A stretch of 64,000 bases of DNA, from IMG/VR virus record IMGVR_UViG_3300020048_000030; one strand, given 5' to 3'. A program made the translations under genes and the position numbers. Numbering within the stretch: position 1 is the first letter of the stretch; every line of letters begins with the position of its first letter. This stretch comes from an uncultured virus (IMG/VR IMGVR_UViG_3300020048_000030) (Duplodnaviria > Heunggongvirae > Uroviricota > Caudoviricetes). Under the pieces are notes generated by a model, which saw only the letters and a list, made by a program, of their open reading frames with translations, searched no databases and had not been told where the DNA came from. This document shows positions 57,929 through 64,000 of this stretch, in pieces.

Positions 57929-58772
57929 TTATTATTTCTTTTAAATTATTTATATTTGATTGATTAAATCTTAATAATTTTATATTATTATTTAAACAAT
58001 AATCTGTTTTTATATTGTCATTATTAATAACATATTCATCTATAAAATGATAATTACCATCATATTCTATACAAGTATTAAAATCATATAAATAAAAATC
58101 AAAAGGTAATTTTCTTTTATTTATACATCCATCAAATTTTTTTTGTTTTATATATTTTATATTATTTTCAATTAAAAATTCTTCTATTTTATTTTCTCCT
58201 TTAGAATTATTACAATTAGGACAACCATGACCTTTTAAATGATTATATATATTTTGTGTAAAAATTCCATGTTTTATACACTTAATTTTAACCATTTTTG
58301 ATATTTTTTTGATAAAAGAATAATCATATTTATTATTATGTATTTTATTTGATTTAATAATAAATATATCTTTTGTTAAAATAGTATCATTGTAACAATT
58401 TGGACATCCCTGTTTTTGAATAATGTGCATATCAGGTCTTTGAAAAAAAGAACCATGTAAAGGACATATAATTTCAATTTTTGTTTTATTATCTAAATAA
58501 TTTATATTATCATAATTATAAAAATTATTATGTATTTTATTTGAGTCTATTATAAATTTAAGTTTTTGTTTTTTAGTATATATTTCACTTCTGCATTTTT
58601 TACAAGGAATATTTGCCCTAATATGATTAATTGGAAATTGTTCAAATATTCCGTGTTTTTTACATATAATTTTTATTTTTATTTTTGAACCAATATAATC
58701 AACCAATGAATAATCATATTTATTGTTATGAATTTCATTAAATTTATAAATTAATTCTTCTTTTGTAAACAT
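57912..58772 (-). CDS. CxxHG zinc-repeat Vsr/DUF559-like homing endonuclease
   Basis: Three YDYS..CxxHG..H..GCPxC repeats; SKGE..PFDFYL..IEYDGNYH. Confidence 0.78.
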   Translation of the reverse strand: MFTKEELIYKFNEIHNNKYDYSLVDYIGSKIKIKIICKKHGIFEQFPINHIRANIPCKKCRSEIYTKKQKLKFIIDSNKIHNNFYNYDNINYLDNKTKIEIICPLHGSFFQRPDMHIIQKQGCPNCYNDTILTKDIFIIKSNKIHNNKYDYSFIKKISKMVKIKCIKHGIFTQNIYNHLKGHGCPNCNNSKGENKIEEFLIENNIKYIKQKKFDGCINKRKLPFDFYLYDFNTCIEYDGNYHFIDEYVINNDNIKTDYCLNNNIKLLRFNQSNINNLKEIINDNYY

Positions 58773-58855
58773 TTTATATAATTATTTTTAATAGTTCAAA
58801 CTATATTTCTTATATATAAAACTATAAAAGTCAAAAGTTTATTTTTTATTAAAAT

Positions 58856-58884
58856 AAAAAAGGGTTCTCAATTGAGAACCCTTT
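58856..58884 (-). terminator. terminator of the capsid gene
   Basis: AGGGTTCTCA/TGAGAACCCT hairpin with U-run on the minus strand. Confidence 0.82.
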
Positions 58885-58905
58885 AGTTTTATGTGATTTA
58901 ATTTA

Positions 58906-60612
58906 TTAGATTAAATAACCATGAACATCAGTTACATGAAGAGCCATAAATTGTTTTTCTGGGAAGAAACCAACATCTGCTACTGCATATCTTGAACGAA
59001 TTAACATTCTAGGAGCCCAAGTTGCTTCACTGATAAGTGATATAGACTGTGCCATCAAATATGGAAGGAATAATAGACCTGGTTGATCTACTGAATTCTT
59101 TCTACCTAAGAATACTCTATTATCATCCCATCTCATATAAGGGTCAACGTACAAGGTCATATTACCTACTTTACCCACTGGGTATAATTGACCATTTGTA
59201 TTAAGGTTTGAACCACCTACAACTGGATTAAGTGTATAACCTGCGATGTCTTGAATAATTGAAGCAACATTACCATTTGTTACAATGTATTGTGCTGGTC
59301 CTACTCTACCTTCATTTGCAATATAGTTAGAAGCATTATTAATCTTAGATAATAATTTTCTTTGTGCTGCATGTGAAGTTTCACCACCTGGTGCTTGTAC
59401 TGCAAAATATGTATCAACATCAAAGTCAAATTTTGATACACCTGCTACTTTAGGAGTTGTGTGTGATAATCTGTTTAATTCAGCTAATTTTTTAACACTT
59501 TCAACAATTTCTTTAGAAATAGTTTGTGAAAGTTCGTTAATAAGAACTGATTCAAGTTTTTGAACAATGTCCATACCTGTTGAAGCTTTAATATCTTCAA
59601 TTTCTGTTCTTTTAAGAGCTGAAGTGATTTCGATGTCACCAACTTGGATAGTTTTTGTGAAAACATTTGGTCCAATTTGACCTGGATAAGTATTTTCATC
59701 TTCTTTTCTGTTCATACCTTTGAAAAGATTCCAACCTGCTGAGAATCCAGGAATATGATCTTCCATTAATGATACTAATTCAATAGTTGCTCCAGTTAAT
59801 GCAACAGTTACAACAGATGTTACTGTTCCTGATGTTCCACTTGCTGTTATTAATAATCTACCATCTAAAATAGAAACCATTGAAGTTGTTGTATTATCAA
59901 ATGTATTTTTACTTGCATCTGCTGTTCCTGGATAGAAACCTCTTTCAACTGCTTGTCTGAAAATTCTAAACATTGGAGTTCCATCAATTCTGGAAAAACC
60001 TAAAAATTCCATCCAACCTGCTTTGTTATCTGGTGCTGAAGTTGTAAAAGAACCAGTAACAACTGTACCTGTGGTTAAACCACTTAATGCTACAAAACAT
60101 CTTTTATCAAGTCCACCAACCATTTCAGTGATACCTAATGCTTTTAATTCAGCATAAAGATTTGTTTTAAGTGTATCTGCATTTGTAACTGTTAATTTGA
60201 ATACTAATGGTCTATCACCATCTTCTTCTAAGTTAGGATCATCATAACGGAAGTCAACAAATAAAAGGTCAACTTTTGGTGATGCTGCTGGTTTTACAGC
60301 TACTAGGTCAAGACCAATAGTTTGTGCTGCAATTTTCATTGAAATAGGAAGTAAGTTTTGACCAACGTCACCTGAACCTACTGAACCATCTCCACCCCAT
60401 ACTTGTCCTGGAGTTGTTGAAGGTTGTGCTGCTTGAACTGCACCCATACCTCTAATATTTCCTAATGTTGCATAAGAAACATTTTCATTTAACTGATGTA
60501 ACTCAGCGTATTCTGCCATCCATGCTCTTTTTTCAAAGTCTGATACATGTAATGCTTCAAGAATTGGTGACCATTTCTTTTCTGCTTTTGCTTTATCTAC
60601 TATAAAATTCAT
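58906..60612 (-). CDS. Major capsid protein (T4 gp23-like)
   Basis: KKWSPILE, DLVAVKP, INELSQTISKE, GPAQYIVT, LYVDPY, GLLFLPY, PRMLIRSRYA. Confidence 0.88.
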   Translation of the reverse strand: MNFIVDKAKAEKKWSPILEALHVSDFEKRAWMAEYAELHQLNENVSYATLGNIRGMGAVQAAQPSTTPGQVWGGDGSVGSGDVGQNLLPISMKIAAQTIGLDLVAVKPAASPKVDLLFVDFRYDDPNLEEDGDRPLVFKLTVTNADTLKTNLYAELKALGITEMVGGLDKRCFVALSGLTTGTVVTGSFTTSAPDNKAGWMEFLGFSRIDGTPMFRIFRQAVERGFYPGTADASKNTFDNTTTSMVSILDGRLLITASGTSGTVTSVVTVALTGATIELVSLMEDHIPGFSAGWNLFKGMNRKEDENTYPGQIGPNVFTKTIQVGDIEITSALKRTEIEDIKASTGMDIVQKLESVLINELSQTISKEIVESVKKLAELNRLSHTTPKVAGVSKFDFDVDTYFAVQAPGGETSHAAQRKLLSKINNASNYIANEGRVGPAQYIVTNGNVASIIQDIAGYTLNPVVGGSNLNTNGQLYPVGKVGNMTLYVDPYMRWDDNRVFLGRKNSVDQPGLLFLPYLMAQSISLISEATWAPRMLIRSRYAVADVGFFPEKQFMALHVTDVHGYLI

Positions 60613-60662
60613 TTTTTTTAAAATTATTTTTTAGACATACGTCTTTTTATTTTTGTGTAAAT

Positions 60663-60700
60663 CTATATATTTAATCAAAAATGTCATTTTTTTCCATTTT
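60663..60700 (-). promoter_or_regulatory. phage late-type promoter of the capsid gene
   Basis: AAAATGGAAAAAAATGAC..TAAATATATA; near-identical copy at 63238-63276. Confidence 0.7.
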
Positions 60701-60716
60701 TGAATGTATATAAGGC

Positions 60717-63206
60717 TTACAAATTTTTAAATATGCTTAGGTATCTATCTACTTGATTTTCAGTAAGTTTGATATCATCTACATATTTCTTATTTTCAGT
60801 AATAAGTTTTTTTGATTCAGTATATTTAACTAATTCTCTACTGTTCCAAAATGATTCCATTTTTAATTCTGATCCTACAAGGTTTGGATAGAACCTTGCT
60901 TGTGCTAATACACTTTTTTTAACTGTGTCATTTAGACCATTCCAAGTATCAATTAAGTCAGTTGGAATTGAATCAAGAAGAATTTCTTCTTCTGTTTTTT
61001 TGTTTGTACTTAAAGATTCTCTTATGGCTTTGAGAACTTCTTTTTCTGATGTATAGTTGCTTTCGTTTAATGCAACAGTTGTTTTTTCTTTATCTTCTAA
61101 ACTTAATTTATTCCACGTTTCTTTATTTTTCTCAGATAAGAACATTAAGAAATGTGGTTGATTTTCTTCTGAAGCTTTACGTTTTTTAGTTTCATTGATT
61201 AATTTAGATATAGTTTCTTTTATTGATACTTCTGATTCAAATACTTTATCACCCTTTATTTTTATTTTGGATTCATGTACTTCAATTTCAGATATTTCTT
61301 GTGCTTGTGGTTGTACTTGTGTTTGGCCTACTGGTTGTCCTTGAATTTGAACTTGTGCTTGACCTGCTTGAACACCATCAACTTGTGCTTGTGGTTGTAC
61401 TTGTACTTCATCATTTTGTACTTGTACAGGTTCTGCTAATTTTACAATTGCAAAACCATCTTGTGGATTAAAAGAAATAATTTCACCATCTTGTTGTTCA
61501 CCATTAACATCAATTTGTACCATTGTACCAGGAAGTAATGAAACATCACTTGTTGACTCTAAATCAACTGGTTCTTCTGTGATAACTGGTTCTTCAACTT
61601 GTGCATTTGGTGTTTCAACTTGTACTTGTGGTTGATTTTCATCTTCTATATTGATAACTTCTTCTTCTTCTTCTTCTTCTTCAATATCATTTAATTCATC
61701 TGGGAGTTCATTATCCATAGGAGGAAATTCATTATTATCTTCATCATCATAATATTTGTCAACATTGTTAACTTTTAAATCTGATATTCTTTGGTCATCT
61801 TGGACATCTTCATTTAATGATTCACCATTAAATTTATCAATTGTTTTATCAAGACTTTCTGCAATATATTTTGAATATGCTTGTGTATCTGCTAAATTTT
61901 CAGCAATATATTCTGAATAAGCAATATTATTATCAACATGTTCTGCAACATATTCAGTATAATTAATATTATTATCAAGATGTTCTGATAAATATTCTGA
62001 ATAAGCAATATTGTTATCAACTTGTTCTGCAACATATTCTGAATATTTAATACTATTATCTACATATTCTGATAACATTTCAAAATTTTGTAAGTTTGTT
62101 TCAGTATTTTCTGCAATATATTCAGCATAATCAATAGATTTATCAAGATGTTCAGCTAAATATTCTGAATATTTAATAGTTTTATCTACATTTTCAGCAA
62201 CATATTCAGTAAAATCAATTGATTTACTTAAATTTTCAGAAATATATTCAGCATAATCAATGTTTTTGTCCACTTTTTCTGCTAAGTAATTAGAATAATT
62301 AATAGATTTTTCAAGAGTTTCTGCTAAATAATCACTATGTTTAACAAGATTTTCTGATTGTGATTTCAATGTTTGATTTTCATTTACTAAAATTTGAACA
62401 TTATCTGCTAGATAATCTAAATATTTAGTCATTTTACTGTAATTTTCCATAAGAATTTCATATTGTTCTTGTAACTTTACTAATTCTTCTGGATTCTTCC
62501 CATCTTTAATATTTTGCATTAGTTCTTCTTTAATTTTAGAAGTTTCATTTGCCAAATATTCTGTATATTCAGTCATTTGTGACTGTGTTACTTTGTCATT
62601 TTTATTCATATCGAATAATTCATTAATTTTTGACTCATTGGACATATCTACTATCCTTAAGTTTACTGATTCATTGAATCCTAAAGATTCATTAATAACA
62701 TTTAAATTCATTTTTGCTGATGCAAATCCAGGATCTGCCACAGCATCATAAGTGAATAATTTCTTAACTGTAACAGTACCATCTGATTCTGTAACACCAG
62801 CAGCTCTTGAAGATACAAATAAAGGACAACCATCTAATACTAATTCTTTTGCAGTCTTACCATTAGGTGTGTTCAATAATCTTATTGATCCATCAATTCT
62901 GTTTTTTGATTCATTATAAGTAGCAGACTGTATTAAGTGTGATACTCTTGTTAATGATGTGTCAAAAACATCAGGATGGTCAAATTCTCCATAAACTACA
63001 CCTAATGACTTAATCCTACCTTGCATTTCATACAAATGTGGTAAGAATCTATCTTTGGTGTAAATTCTTTCATTTCTATTTTTAATATCAAATTCAGTAA
63101 AAATACCAGAAAGAATAAATTTGTCTCGTTTAATTTCAGATGCACCTTCATTTAACATTAATCCACTAAGATTACTTTCCATGATAAGTACGGGTTTCAT
63201 TTCCAT
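60717..63206 (-). CDS. Prohead protease (gp21-like) fused to a scaffold/core coiled-coil
   Basis: KNRNERIY, GEFDHP, VSH, TPNG, VSSRAAG, TYDAVADPG; followed by 14-aa heptad repeats and an acidic region. Confidence 0.88.
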   Translation of the reverse strand: MEMKPVLIMESNLSGLMLNEGASEIKRDKFILSGIFTEFDIKNRNERIYTKDRFLPHLYEMQGRIKSLGVVYGEFDHPDVFDTSLTRVSHLIQSATYNESKNRIDGSIRLLNTPNGKTAKELVLDGCPLFVSSRAAGVTESDGTVTVKKLFTYDAVADPGFASAKMNLNVINESLGFNESVNLRIVDMSNESKINELFDMNKNDKVTQSQMTEYTEYLANETSKIKEELMQNIKDGKNPEELVKLQEQYEILMENYSKMTKYLDYLADNVQILVNENQTLKSQSENLVKHSDYLAETLEKSINYSNYLAEKVDKNIDYAEYISENLSKSIDFTEYVAENVDKTIKYSEYLAEHLDKSIDYAEYIAENTETNLQNFEMLSEYVDNSIKYSEYVAEQVDNNIAYSEYLSEHLDNNINYTEYVAEHVDNNIAYSEYIAENLADTQAYSKYIAESLDKTIDKFNGESLNEDVQDDQRISDLKVNNVDKYYDDEDNNEFPPMDNELPDELNDIEEEEEEEEVINIEDENQPQVQVETPNAQVEEPVITEEPVDLESTSDVSLLPGTMVQIDVNGEQQDGEIISFNPQDGFAIVKLAEPVQVQNDEVQVQPQAQVDGVQAGQAQVQIQGQPVGQTQVQPQAQEISEIEVHESKIKIKGDKVFESEVSIKETISKLINETKKRKASEENQPHFLMFLSEKNKETWNKLSLEDKEKTTVALNESNYTSEKEVLKAIRESLSTNKKTEEEILLDSIPTDLIDTWNGLNDTVKKSVLAQARFYPNLVGSELKMESFWNSRELVKYTESKKLITENKKYVDDIKLTENQVDRYLSIFKNL

Positions 63207-63337
63207 TATGTGTAAAATTATTTTTATTTTATTTATCTTATATATTTAAACAGAAATGTCACTTTTTTCCATTTTTGTAAATAGAATAAGGGTATTATAA
63301 TGTAGTAGTAATCAATGTTTTACAAATTAAAATAAAT

Positions 63338-63369
63338 AAAAAAGGGAAATTCTATAATTTCCCTTTTTT
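63338..63369 (-). terminator. intrinsic terminator
   Basis: AGGGAAATT/AATTTCCCT hairpin with A and T runs. Confidence 0.8.
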
Positions 63370-63376
63370 ATTTATT

Positions 63377-64000
63377 TTAATGTTTTTCATAATATTTTTT
63401 GATTTCATGTTCAAATTCAGAACAAAAATTTACAAATTTATCTGGATAACTTTTAAATATTGTTTTATCAGATCTTTTATAATCAATACTACTTAATTCA
63501 TCCAATATCATTTTAGTTAATGATGGTCTAACTTTTGGTGCATCATTAATTTCAAAATCTTTAAATATTAATTTCACTAATTCTGGTTCATTATCAACTA
63601 ATTTTCCAAATAATTGATATTGGTCTTGGTGAAATCTACTTGTATTAATTTGAAAATCTTCTAATGTTCCTAAAAATCCACTACCAGAATTTATTTTAAT
63701 TTTATTTTTAGAATCACTACCATATTTTAATAATGATTCCATATTTGTCCAATAATCATATATCCATTCAGTATATTCATCTGGATTTATTTCAGTACCA
63801 TGTACACCATAATTAACTTTATAACCTAATTTTTTAAAACCATGATCAATTTTTAACCACAATTCACTTTTAAGTGTTTTAGTATTATTAGTTTTCATAT
63901 CATCCATTACTGATTTAAGTAAGTCTAAATCATATGATGATAAATCTTTAAATGCCTTTTGTTGTTCTTCAGTATAATTAAATTCACTTTTAGATATTTC
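63377..64000 (-). CDS. hypothetical protein (5' end beyond the window)
   Basis: Frame stays open from 63907 to the window edge. Confidence 0.7.
   Translation of the reverse strand, partial: EISKSEFNYTEEQQKAFKDLSSYDLDLLKSVMDDMKTNNTKTLKSELWLKIDHGFKKLGYKVNYGVHGTEINPDEYTEWIYDYWTNMESLLKYGSDSKNKIKINSGSGFLGTLEDFQINTSRFHQDQYQLFGKLVDNEPELVKLIFKDFEINDAPKVRPSLTKMILDELSSIDYKRSDKTIFKSYPDKFVNFCSEFEHEIKKYYEKH

Noticed and set aside
4375..61471. Other short antisense or nested ORFs (4375, 4723, 20012, 24800, 27512, 30360, 31834, 32800, 40649, 41383, 46963, 48979, 55387, 56568, 57025, 59484, 61223)
   Set aside because: They lie opposite or inside better-supported genes or promoters and have no recognisable motifs.
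1..64000. Stop-codon recoding
   Set aside because: Core genes are full length in the standard code, and no CTA/TCA/TTA suppressor anticodon was seen.

Overview
This is a very AT-rich segment of a huge T4-like (jumbo/mega) phage genome, read with the standard genetic code. It carries gp23-like capsid, gp21-like protease fused to a scaffold, gp61-like primase, ThyA, IF-3 and a 3074-aa fibre-like protein. Repeated TTTG-N20-TAnnTTTG promoters point to a Bacteroidota host. Accessory genes include an intein-split C5 DNA methyltransferase, two hybrid histidine kinases, a solo TnpB, KamA, ATP-grasp and amidoligase enzymes, and about seven free-standing endonucleases. From 33 to 54 kb there are about 20 tRNAs, many atypical, one carrying a group I intron. 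Two tRNA clusters follow leader-peptide/terminator attenuator-like elements. The most striking feature is a ~3.7 kb protein-free, rRNA-operon-like unit at 50.3-54.0 kb. It has five tandem host promoters with boxA-like motifs, then a ~630 nt RNA built from ~13-14 TGAAA-N8-AGTA hairpins. Anticodon-less tRNA scaffolds and two paralogous GOLLD-like giant RNAs follow, one with an embedded tRNA-Arg. All calls were made by eye without database searches; RNA ends are approximate.
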